Shown here in pieces: positions 37,105 to 58,440 of a DNA stretch of 64,000 nucleotides (position 1 is the first letter of the stretch; the number at the start of each line of letters is the position of its first letter). Both the position numbers and the translations under genes were made by a program. The stretch spans positions 3,500,799 to 3,564,798 of the forward strand of contig MU053588.1 in the NCBI GenBank assembly GCA_013239625.1, in the 5' to 3' direction. This stretch comes from Lama guanicoe (lineage: Eukaryota). The notes under the pieces are model-generated. The model had not been told where the DNA came from. It was given only the letters and a program-made list of their open reading frames with translations, and did not search any database.

Positions 37105-38939
37105 GGGCTCTGCCGGGCTGGGGGAAGAGGAGGGGCCGTGGTTAGAGGTGGGGAGGAGGCGCCGAGGGCGGTTACTCACAGATTCCTGGCCCAGGTGCGA
37201 AGGTGAGTAAACAGCCTCCCCCCCATCCTGGCCTCCACAGCTCAATGGGGCCTCTGTGTGGCGACAAAGAGCCCTTCAGAGGCCAGCCAGGGCGGGGAGC
37301 CCAAGGACAGGGGGCCTTGTGGTGGTGGTGGGAAGCTGGAGGCTAGGAGCCTGGGTCCCTGAGAGCTGTGGCCATGAGAGCCTGCAATTTTGGGTCCCGA
37401 ATGGAGGAGGGGGCTGGGTGCGGGTCCTGGAGAGGCAGGGCCTGGAGGCAAGCAGAGTTGGGAAGGTTAATGGGGAGACAGGAGGGAGATAACTGGGGTG
37501 TGGGGGGCTCTCCTCTGACCTGTGACAGGCTTGGGGCAGGATGTTGCCTCTGAACCCATCAGCCCCACTTCCTGTGACAGGAAATCACAACGGCAAACCC
37601 CCCAACCCCCAACTCTCTCCACATAAGAAAACAAAGCTCTGAACCTTCCTCCCTCAGGGACCTGGCATCTTTCTGCCTTCCAGTCCCAGAAAATATGGGG
37701 TGGTCCTCAGACCGCTCATCCCCAAGGTGCAACTATCTCCCTCTCCCTACGTCCACCTGTCCGTCCGTCTGTCTGCCAACTTGCCTTTCCCCAGCCAGCT
37801 CTCCCTGGCTGTCTCTCCCTTGAGTTTGCCTCATGTATTTGCCTTTTTTCCCCATTTCTTCATTTTCTCTCTCCTTCACACCTGTCTCCTTTTCCCCACC
37901 GTCTCTGTCTTTGTGTCCCCTCCCACCCCAGCCTCCCCCCTCGGCCACCCCACCCCACTCCTGCTTATGCTTCTGTTGCTCCATCTCCCCCCTCTGTCTC
38001 TGCCTCTGTCTCCCCACATCTGGGTCCTGCCACCACCGTCCCCGCACCTGTCCGAGTCGCTGTCTCATGTGCTGTCTCTCCTCTCTCTCTCTCATCTCTC
38101 GCTGTCTCTCCCATCTCGTCTCCCTCAGAGTCTCCACTTCTCCCTGCGTCTTCCCACCGACATCTTCTGTGTCCTTAATTAGTCTGACTAACGCCACTCG
38201 AGCCCGTGTCAGGCGGGAAGGAGCTGTGGAAACAGGGGTGGGGTGAACCAGTGGGGGGGGGGTTCTCCCCACAGCCCAAAGCTATTTATAACTCCAGTTG
38301 CTGAAGACCCACCCTTCTCCCTCTTCCGCAGGCCTCCTCCCTAGCACTCAATAAATGGCAGCCGTGATTCTGATTACAATCATTAAACAGTGATGCTTTC
38401 TGGAGTGTCCAAATACCATCCTATGGGTTCACCCAAGCAGGCCTCATTTTTATCCTTTTTCACTAAGTGTATCTGTTCAACACCCACGCTTGGGTAATTT
38501 AAGATTTGAGCATTGTTAAATGTTCACATAAATAAATTTGCAAACCAAGGCGGAAAAATAATCGTAATTATTTATTATGAGAGCTGAACTTTCACAGCAC
38601 TTGCAGTACTGCTCTAAGTGCGTCTCAAGGAGTAACTCCCTGAACCCTCATCACCATAGGCACCTTGTGCTATTAGTACTCCCATCTGAGATGGAAAACC
38701 TTCACCAGGCCACCAGCTGCAACTTCTGGGCTGGAAAGCATGACCATGGACACGGGGTGGGGGGGCAGGTCCCTGCTCATCACACTCAGGGGTGGAAAAG
38801 TTCGACACAGGCAGGGGAGATTTCAAAGGGGCAAAGGAGAGGATACATGTTATCTGAGCAAACGCTTAGGTGCCAGGCAGGCCACAGATCATGCACTTGA
38901 TATGTTGTCATCTCCTTTATCCCTCGTCACAATGATACG

Positions 38940-39172
38940 AAATAACAGCTAACACTTAATGTGTACTTAGTGCCATTAAGTCCACGCCAGGCACAGCATT
39001 ACTGCTTGCTAGGTATCGCTCACTTAATCCTCTCAGTGACCCCATGAAGTCAGTCTTCTTATTAGTATTATCCCCATTTTACAGAGAAGGAAACTGAGGC
39101 ACAGCTCATAAGAGACAGAGCCAGGATTCAGATCCTAGCAGTCTGGCTCCAGACTTTATACATTTAACTCCT
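38940..39172 (-). mobile_element. MIR SINE
   Basis: TAATCCTC...CCCATGA...ATTATCCCCATTTTACAGAGAAGGAAACTGAGGCACAG...AGAGCCAGGATTCAGATCC..GCAGTCTGGCTCCAGA. Similar MIR cores occur near 940-1090, 2800-2990, 8000-8230, 8850-9000, 31220-31560, 34600-34780, 40700-41220, 46670-46770, 47450-47600 and 63450-63660. Confidence 0.8.
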
Positions 39173-40160
39173 AGAATGTGCTGCCTCAGAGCATGGGGAA
39201 TCCCCACTCCAATCTTAGAAAACTGAAATCTGAACCAAAGGTGAGACACATCAGGTCTCTTCACAGTGTCTGGGAGTCAGGGGTATGCAAGCCCCGTGGC
39301 CTGGGCAGAAGTGCAAATTGGACTTGGCTGCTCCACAGAGGCCTAGGCTCAGAGATTTTGGGGGTGGGGCTGGGGACGTTTGCTACTTAGAAGATGGGGG
39401 TGAGAGGGTCCCACAAAAGCTATGGAATTATAGGTTGAAGCGGTCAGATGGATCTATAGGCAACTGACAAGGCTAGGGATCCAGCAGAGGGGGTGTTGTA
39501 TGCATGGGGCTGTAGGGATGAGGGCAGGTATATAAGGTCCTTAGGGATCGGGGTCCTAGAGCAGAGCAGGCACCTGTGAGGGACTACACAGGCACCTGGG
39601 TTCTGTGCGGGGCTCAGGGTCTGTAAGATATTGAGTGGATGACCTTGGTCTCCAAGAACCTCTGGGTGTTTTAAAGAACCTAAAACAGTAGTTAAAATGA
39701 GTCCATAAGAGGTCCTTTGAATGCATAAGATCCCAGATTCTATCTGACACATGGTGGGTCTACAAGGATCCTGGGGATTCCATAGGGAAAATAGCTAGTT
39801 TATGGGACTTTGGGAGATTTAAAAGGGGATCAGAATTCTATAGGGAGTGTGGGGGTCCCCGAGGTCCAGGATCTGCAGGGCCCTGGATGACAGGGGATGC
39901 TATCGATCTATGGGAACCCCTCGTCCGTAAGGAGCTGGATTTCCATGAGGAGGGGGGCTAGCAGGAACCTGGAGGGTCTGTAGAACTTTGTAATCTACAT
40001 GGAACGTGGAGGGTCTACAGGAGCCCCAAATCATGTAGGACGTGGCGGGTGTACACGGGCCCCAAATCCTACAGGGGACGTGGCAGTGTGCACGGTCAGG
40101 GATCCTGGGGCGGACGTGCGGAGCCAGGGCCTGACGCCCGCCGGGGGCCGGGTCCCTCAC

Positions 40161-40340
40161 CTGCTCCGGGTCGGAGAAGCACCGCAGCCTCTAGAACCGA
40201 AGCCTCCGCGCGCCGGCTCTGTGCACCCCTACCCCCGCCTCCGAGTCGCTCTAGCCGCCCCACAAGCCACCTTTGCGTCCAGCTCCACTGCTCCCTCTAG
40301 CCGCTCTAGCCCAGCTCCTGCCAAGTTCTTGCCCAGGAAA
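40161..40340 (-). other. ARHGEF1: ARHGEF1 alternative non-coding first exon (1b); 5' end approximate
   Basis: CpG-rich, with GC boxes at ~40460-40490 and strong donor CAG|GTGAGG at 40161/40160. Confidence 0.6.
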
Positions 40341-41229
40341 CTCTACTCCTCCTGCCGGCCGCTCTAGCTCTCCACTGAGCCACGCTGGCCAGATAGGGCC
40401 GCTCTGGCCTGCCTTGGAGGGCTGGCGTTTCCGTATCTCGACTGCCCCCATCACTCTCCTGGGCCCCGCCCCCTAGCCCCCGCCCCCAGGCAGGAGATGG
40501 GGATGGTCCCAGCTCCCTGACCCGGGTTCAATCTGAGATCTACGAGTCGCCCCTAGACTGGGCTCCCTGCCCTAATCTAGCCACCCTAATTTGGGACCAC
40601 TTGAATTCCCAACGCTCGTACATTAATTCTCCTCGCACTGACCCCCACCCCCGCACACTTTCCGCTGGGGCTGCAAAACAAATATCCTCGGTTTGACAAC
40701 ACCTTACCATCTGACATGTAGTGGAACCTGGAAAAAGTAATTACGTCCCCCCGGACCTCAGTCTTCCCATCTGTACAATGGGGAAAGATCTGTTCTGTTC
40801 CCCACAACTCATCCCCCAGAATATAATTCATGGCCTAGAAAAGGACTTTTCCAAAAAACGCTTTCAAATGCGCTCTGCAACTTTCAGCTTCACAACGGCC
40901 TATGGCGCTGTTATTGTCGTTTTTCTTTTTGGGTGGCTCTAAAGCATGCAAAGTTAGAGGATGGCGCTTAGCGGAAAGCACCTGCGAGTTCAAATTCCAG
41001 CTCCTCTAGGTCTCACGATGTGTGTGCCCTGGGACGAGTTGGTTTTACTCCCTGGGCCTCAATTTCCCCACCCGTACAGTGGGAGTGATCATCCGTCCTC
41101 CGCCGGATAGTTGGGAGGCCTTGATCCCCAGTTCACAGCCCTCATCTCACCTATTGGGCACTCGGCAAATATTAGTTCTCCTCTTTTTGTCCCCTTTGAC
41201 AGATGTGAAAACTGAGGCCCAGGGAGGGG

Positions 41230-41760
41230 CGGCTGCTGGCTCAGCGGGGCCGGGAGGAGGCCCCTCCACTGCGGGCAGCACCCAGCCCCCTCCCTCCTCC
41301 TCGCCACTTCCCGTTCCAGCCCAGGGGAGGGAGGCCGGGCGGGGCCGGGGACGGTGTACCTGATGTCCGCGCGGGGACGTGACCGGCGGGGCGCCCGAGG
41401 TCGGGCTCGGCGATCCCGGGCCCGGTGTCCCGGCTCCCGCTTCCTGGCTCTGGCGGGGCAGGAAGTTGGGGCGTTTTTCCGGAGGCCCCCGCCCCGCCGC
41501 CCCTCCCCGCTTCCTGCCCGCGCCCCGCGCCCGCCCGGCACCTCCGCTTCCTTCCCCTTCTCACCGCCCTCGTGGCCCCTCCTTTCCCCGCTCCGCCCGG
41601 GACCCGCGGGCATCCGCCCCGCCCCGACCCCGCCCGACCTCTCCCGGCTTTGTCCGTCTGTCCGCCGGCGGGGCGCGGGCTCCAGGTTTCTCACGTCGGC
41701 CTGACGTGGGCCGACACCTCCCTGGCGAGGCTAGGGGCCCTGCGTCCGCCTCAGTCTGCG
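41230..41760. promoter_or_regulatory. ARHGEF1 CpG-island promoter
   Basis: Very high GC/CpG content, repeated CCCCGCCCC boxes and several CTTCC/GGAAG ETS cores. Confidence 0.8.
41360..41470 (-). other. ARHGEF1: ARHGEF1 upstream non-coding first exon (1a); 5' end approximate
   Basis: Lies in a CpG island with GC boxes and GGAAG ETS motifs. Donor CAG|GTACAC at 41360/41359. Confidence 0.6.
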
Positions 41761-42613
41761 CAGCAACCTCCTCTGTTTTCGGTCTCTGTGTGTTTCTTGG
41801 TCTTCCTCTCTTCTTTGCCTGTGTGTGTGTGTTTCTGTCGGTGTCCCTCTCTCTGTCTCTGTCTCTGTCTCTCCCTTTCTCCGTTGGAGTCTTTCCCTCC
41901 CATTTATCTCTCCTCTCTGTCACTTTCTCCCTCAGAGCCTTCTGTCCCCATCTCTGGATCTGGATCTTTCTGCATCGCCATTAGTCATTTCCCCAACTCC
42001 TCTGTTTTCCCTAGAGTCTCAGGGGTCAGCCTCTCCATGTCTGTTTTTCTGTGTATCCTTTTTTCCTTTCTCTTCCTCCTGTCTCTTGCCGATGCCCAGC
42101 CCCCTCACTGTCCTTCAGTTCACTTACTCTGTCTCCATCACTGTCTCTGTCTCAGTTTCCCCTCTCTATCTCAGAAACTGTCTCTCTGTCCCTCTCTGTC
42201 ATTGCCTCTGGGCCTTCCCATCATCCCCAATTTAGGGCCACAGACTCCAAATCTCACTTCTATAAGTCCACTCCCAGAGAACAGATGTGGTCATAGGCAG
42301 AATTCAGTACCAGTCCCACCAGATAGTCCCCTGTATTTGGGGGACTCAAGTATGCATAAATAAAGTTACCTAGGTCCCTGGTCCCCTGTGTGTCCCCCTC
42401 TGCTTAGGCACATGGCCTGGGATGGGGCCCTCCCAAGACATTTCTTGTTTCTTTCAGGGGCAGCCAAGACTGGCTACCTGGTGCCAGGTGTGGGGAGTGG
42501 GCAGGGGCTGGGGGATGAGGGGCTGGGGTCCTGGGCTCCTGGGCCCCAGAAGAGGAACAGGGGTGGTCCCCACGAGATCCATGACTCCTGCCAAGGTCTG
42601 CAGTTGGGAAGGA

Positions 42614-42619
42614 TTTATT
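42614..42619 (-). terminator. CD79A polyadenylation signal AATAAA
   Basis: TTTATT on +, about 290 nt downstream of the CD79A stop. Confidence 0.75.
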
Positions 42620-42909
42620 ATCACTAAGTGGCCATGACAGAGCAGGGAGGGGGGAAGTGACACTAACAAAGCTGCTACAATCAGCTCCCCTAGAGGCAGC
42701 GATTAAGGGCTCATTACCTGCTGGTTGTGGGGGAACCTGGGAAAGGTGGCAGGGGGAGGATTGTTAGGGTGTGTGGAGGGTTTGAGAACAGTCTAGAAGG
42801 AAGTTGAGTCAGGACACTCCCAGGAAAGACTGTGAAAAGAGAGCGGGTTCCAGGGAAGTGTGGTAAGACAAGGGCTGGGCGCACAGCCGGCAGGGTGGCC
42901 CCTGCTGGG

Positions 42910-45886
<2,977 letters not shown>

Positions 45887-45959
45887 CTTCTCCTAGTGAG
45901 TTCGTTAGTCTGGGTGGCAGCCAAACTGGGGTACCAGATCCCACCTCGGCCGAGCCCCA

Positions 45960-46125
45960 AGCCCCGCCCCACTTCCTGCCAAGCCCTGCGGAGATGGGCT
46001 CCACTGGCCCCACTGCTGGGCCCTCCGGCTGTTGGGCGGGGGGCAGCCCCTGTCCGAAGTCTTCAAGCTGAGAGTGGAGAGGAACCGCTCCCTGCACCTG
46101 TGGCCACCGCAATTCCCCTGAGAGA
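45960..46125 (-). promoter_or_regulatory. CD79A (mb-1) B-cell promoter: EBF1, RUNX, E-box, PAX5:ETS composite, ETS and Sp1 sites
   Basis: On +: AATTCCCCTGAGAG (EBF, 46111-46124), ACCGCA (RUNX, 46106-46111), CACCTG (E2A, 46095-46100), CGGAGATGGGCTCCACTGGCCC (PAX5:ETS, 45989-46010), ACTTCCTG (45971-45978) and CCCCGCCCC (45962-45970). Order matches the well-studied mb-1 promoter. Confidence 0.85.
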
Positions 46126-46236
46126 AGTGTGCTTGGGTGGGGGAAAGAGGTTGGTTCAAGGCCTGGCTCGTCACTGGAAAGGAAGTCTGACTGAGCCAGA
46201 TTTTGGAGTGCCTGCCATATGCAGGGGGAGCAGCAG

Positions 46237-46247
46237 GTGTGTGTGTA

Positions 46248-46291
<44 letters not shown>
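46237..46291. repeat. (TG)n microsatellite upstream of the CD79A promoter
   Basis: Direct reading. Confidence 0.95.
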
Positions 46292-46292
<1 letters not shown>

Positions 46293-46394
46293 TCCTGAAT
46301 TTGGTCTCTGCCCCTCACTGGCCTTGGGTAAAACTTGTCCTCTCTCTGTGTCTTCACTTCTTGGGGTAGGAAAAGCGAACTTTAAGAGGTTGTG

Positions 46395-46450
46395 CATGCA
46401 GAGCACTGAGCACAGGGCCTGGCACATAGTAGGTGCTCAGTAAATGTTGG
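46395..46450 (+). mobile_element. L2 3' terminal fragment
   Basis: AGCACAGGGCCTGGCACATAGTAGGTGCTCAGTAAATGTT. Confidence 0.7.
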
Positions 46451-47079
46451 TTCCTATTAATGTTCATGAGGAGTAAGTGAGGCAGGTCCACCAGCTTGGT
46501 GACTAGGTGGTGGCTTCCCTTTTTGAGCCTAGGCATTTTTAATCCAAACGATGAGGATAAAAATATCTCCCTGCTGTTGTGACATGAATTATGTTCCCGG
46601 TACCCAGGGTCACGATGGGCTCTTTCCTGACAGCCTTTCAGCCCCACTCCAAGCAGGTAGGGTAGTCCACCCCCCATTTTATAGATGAGGAAACTGATGC
46701 CGTCACAGAGAGGGGACGCTATCACTGTCACTTGTCCAGCATTCAGTCTGGTGGTGGAGCAGGGATTCCAAGTCATTGATGTATGCCCGGGTTCCTCTGA
46801 GCATCATTTCAGGTCATGTGGGAGAGAAATGGGGCCTAAGGGGTGGGGGAGGAGAATGACATGAAATTGTTGAGAAGTCTATGAGCAGTTAGGGGACCAT
46901 CTCACACACACACAAGGAGACACCTAGAAGAAAATTCATGGCAGGGAGATCTTTGGTAGGAAAAATGAGGAAACACGGAAAGCCCACTTACAGAAAGGAT
47001 GGATACATTAAGGCAGAGTCAGCCAATGGAGTAGCACACGGCCGGAGAAGAGGCTGCGCTTACTTGTCAACCAGGCTGC

Positions 47080-47402
47080 ATCTCAGAAACAAGAAAATGA
47101 GAAGAAACGTACTAGGGCAGGATCTGGCTGACTTGTTTTCAAAAGGCAAAACATCATGTGCCGTTAGGGACACATGTGTCTGCAGAAAAGGTGCAAACCC
47201 GTGCAGGGGAGTGACACCCCATGCCTGAGAGGGGTTACCTCTAGGGGAAGCGAGGTGGTTGCGGCTGGGAAGGGTATGCAGAGGGCTTGGTCTGTCTTAG
47301 TTTTATTCTTACTTCTTAAGCTGAGTGGTGGCCTCATGGGTCTGTGTTACACTATTATGTACGCTGTTTTGCATGCTTGATATATTTCGTATTTTTAAAA
47401 AA
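47080..47402 (+). mobile_element. Old L1 (L1ME-like) 3' fragment
   Basis: GGTTACCTCTAGGG...TTTTATT...CTTAAGCTGAGTGGTG...ATGTACGCTGTTTTGCATG...ATATTT followed by an A-rich end. Confidence 0.5.
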
Positions 47403-49439
47403 GGGTAACTGTCATCCACACAGAACATGGGCCTCAAGAATTCACACTTCTGGGTTTGAATCTCAGCTCTGCCAATTGCCTGGCTGTCTCAGCCTCAGTT
47501 TCTCCTCCTGTAATCTGGGCACAATGTCCAGCACCACCTCCCAGAACCCCACTTGTGAGGCTGTAAGAATATCACAGTGTGCTTAGCACAGTTCCTAGGA
47601 CACAGTTCTTCTCTGGCCCCCAGGCCCTCCCCTCTTCCCTCCAGGGACCCAGGTGTCTGTTCTGTTGGGCCCCTCGCTGTATAGCAGGTCATTAGCCCCT
47701 CTGTGCTTCAGTTCCTCCTTATGACTCCCATCTAGGAAGAAGCCTAGGTCCAGAAGCTGCAGCCTTTAGGAATTCAGCTGTCAGAGCATCCTTCCTGGCT
47801 CAGCCGGTTTCCAGGCCCTCAACTGCCCCCCAGTGGCTGGATTGGCACGGCTGCCGCATTGCAGGCCCTCTCAGGCCCACTGGTCTGTCTGGGCACCTCC
47901 ACCTCCCGCTGACCCAGCACCCCTGGTGTCTGGAGCTGTACGAGTGAACCATTCTCAGGACGGCTTGGGATTGCATTTTTCAGGACAACTCACCGTCAAT
48001 CGGCAAAAGAGGAAACTTAAGACCAAAACAGAGAGTGAGTGGCTCAAGGCCATGCCCAGGAGTATAACTCTTTGGGCCTCATTTTCCCTTTTCCTTCACT
48101 TTTGAGAACAATGCCCTGCAATGGCTAGAGCCTGGGGCCGAAGGCAGGTTGCCTGGGTCCAAATGCTGGCTTTGCCACCTCCTAGCAGTGGAGTATCAGG
48201 CAAATTACCCAACCTGGACTTACTTTCATCTCCAAACTGCGGGTGCTTTTCGGCACCTACCTCAGTGTATTAAATGGTATATTGATAAAGTACCTTGCAT
48301 GGGTAGGCTATAGTGTTTATTCAGTGCAAATCTTCCAGCACTAGCAACCTCTGAGCTGGGAGGTCTGACCGGGTGTAGGACTCTGATCATCTTTCCATTT
48401 GTGCATCTCCCCGAATCCCGCAGGCAGGAGAAAGCTGCTTTAGACAGGAGCGGAGGGCTCAGCGGATAAGCTGCTCACTGTGGCACAGGATTAGGGGCAG
48501 TGTTGGAATTTGAACCTGTCATTTTGAGTCCAAAGCCAGGTGTGGCACTGTAAGTAAATAGGTGTGACCTGAGGAATTACTTGGGATGCAGGAACTTTGG
48601 GGGTCTTCGCCTAGCCAGCTCAGGCTCGGCACCTTAGTTTTCTTAACTGGGATTTGGGTTCTGGTCACACGGGGCGGTAGGGGTTTCCTTTCTAAAGCTC
48701 GGCAGGTGCCTGGGGGGCACCCTTCCGTATCTCCTGCCCTCCGACCAGGTGTCCAATCACTGGATGCGCTCCCGCCCAGCTGGCGCGAAGAACCAATCAC
48801 CATACAGCAACATGGAGGTGGTGCTCTGAGGGTCCTGGGAGCTCAGCCTGTGCACAGGCGCCATGCGCATCCCTCCCCTGAGGCAGAAGCAGCGACTCCG
48901 CCCCAGACCGCACCTTCAGCACTGCATCCCAAACCCTGGGGCTGTAGGGCTAACTTCATCTTAGCAGGACCTACGGCCACCGAGATCCCCAAAGTGAGGG
49001 CTCCTGTGTCAGCCAGGGAAGGGAGGTGCAGAGGCCACCTTGAGAGGTGAGCACTCACAGGGCCACTGGCTGTGAGGGCTGTCAGTCCTTGTCCATCTCT
49101 TTCCAGGGAAGAAGCACCCGAGCCCCAGGCCCCTTCTGCTTTGCTCCAGCAGGGCCCAAGGGCCCAGTTGAGGCCACTGCTTGAACTTTCAGTTTCTTAT
49201 TTTCTGAGAATTGCAAAGGCAGGTTGTGGGGGAGGCACAAAGGCCCCTGGGTATTGCACCATCACCTTGCCCTCTGGGGACACAACTGTTTGAACCCAAA
49301 AGGCCAGGCCTCAAGTTTCTGGGCCTATTGAGCTCCACAGCCATCCAGGAACCCCCTGGCCCCTCTTTCCAAGCTGAAGTGCAGTGCTCCTTCCTCATGA
49401 GAGATCAAGAGACCCAGACCAGGATTACGAATGAGGCAA

Positions 49440-49445
49440 TTTATT
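49440..49445 (-). terminator. RPS19 polyadenylation signal AATAAA
   Basis: TTTATT on +, 19 nt after the TAG stop. Confidence 0.9.
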
Positions 49446-49464
49446 AACCCAGCATCATTTTGTT

Positions 49465-57520
<8,056 letters not shown>

Positions 57521-57969
57521 GATAAGGGCAGGGACAAAGAGAGTGAGGCAGGACCTTGGGAGAAGTTAGTGCTGCTCTGCCTCCTAGCGCCTGAGTATGT
57601 TCTCTCAGCCCTTAGGTTTATTTTGCCCACTTAGATTTACCTGCCTTACTGACCCGTGCAGCTTTAGGTTGTCCACTTGCCCTCTCAGGGCTTCAGTCAC
57701 TCCATTAAAAATAAGAAAAAAAAGATGTAGTGGAGACAGCCGGGATTCCGATTATTTGCCCCCTTTAAAAGTGACTGTTTCTGCATATAGTGCACACATA
57801 CTTATTCTATTAACAAACATTTTTTGTGTACGTACTCTGTCCTAGGCACCGGTAAACATTTAGTATTATATGCATTATCTAGTTTAATCCTTACCAGGTC
57901 CAATAACCAAGAACACAAGGGACAGGCCTGTGCTCTCATAAAATTGTTAACTGGCTGCAAAGAGGAACA

Positions 57970-58222
57970 TTTCAGTGTGAACCCCAGTGTAAACTATGGA
58001 TTTTGGATGATGATGATGTGTCAATATAGGTTCATCGATTTTAACAAATGCACCATTCTGATGTGGGATGTTGATAGCGGAGAAGGCTGTGTTTTTGTGG
58101 GAGCAGAGGGACTATGGGAACACTTATTTTCTCCCCAGTTTTACTGTGAACTGAAAAACTGCTCCAAAAACAAAACAAAACAAAAAACCCATAACCCACC
58201 CCCCCAAAACAACTCATAAAAA
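57970..58222 (+). mobile_element. Old L1 (L1MC-like) 3' end fragment
   Basis: GTGAACCCCAGTGTAAACTATGGA...ATGATGTGTCAATATAGGTTCATCGATT..AACAAATG.ACCA.TCTG...TGTGAAC.....AACTGCTC followed by an A-rich tail. Confidence 0.7.
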
Positions 58223-58251
58223 TTGGTTTGCGGTCAGGACATTGTTCATGT

Positions 58252-58440
58252 TGTGACGAGGGAAGAGGTGGCATTAGAGTGTGTTAACTTTGTAGGGAAA
58301 AAAACAATTCCTAATGTGACGAGGGAAGAGGTGGCATTAGAGTGTGTTAACTTTGTAGGGAAAAAAACAATTCCTAATGTGACGAGGGAAGAGGTGGCAT
58401 TAGAGTGTGTTAACTTTGTAGGGAAAAAAACAGTTCCTAA
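58252..58440. repeat. 63-bp tandem repeat x3
   Basis: Units start at 58252, 58315 and 58378. Unit TGTGACGAGGGAAGAGGTGGCATTAGAGTGTGTTAACTTTGTAGGGAAAAAAACAATTCCTAA, with one mismatch in copy 3. Confidence 0.97.

Noticed and set aside
37172..37210. TTACTCAC...GTGAGTAA inverted repeat upstream of the ARHGEF1 ATG exon
   Set aside because: An 8-bp stem can arise by chance, and using the minus-strand donor would leave an intron of only ~60 nt.
39400..40100. Degenerate GGATCC/GGGTCT-rich array in ARHGEF1 intron 1
   Set aside because: No stable unit or clear motif identity. Treated as decayed simple-repeat DNA.
41425..42363. 312-aa + strand ORF antisense to the ARHGEF1 promoter
   Set aside because: GC-rich then CT-rich low-complexity sequence with a non-ATG start and no domain.
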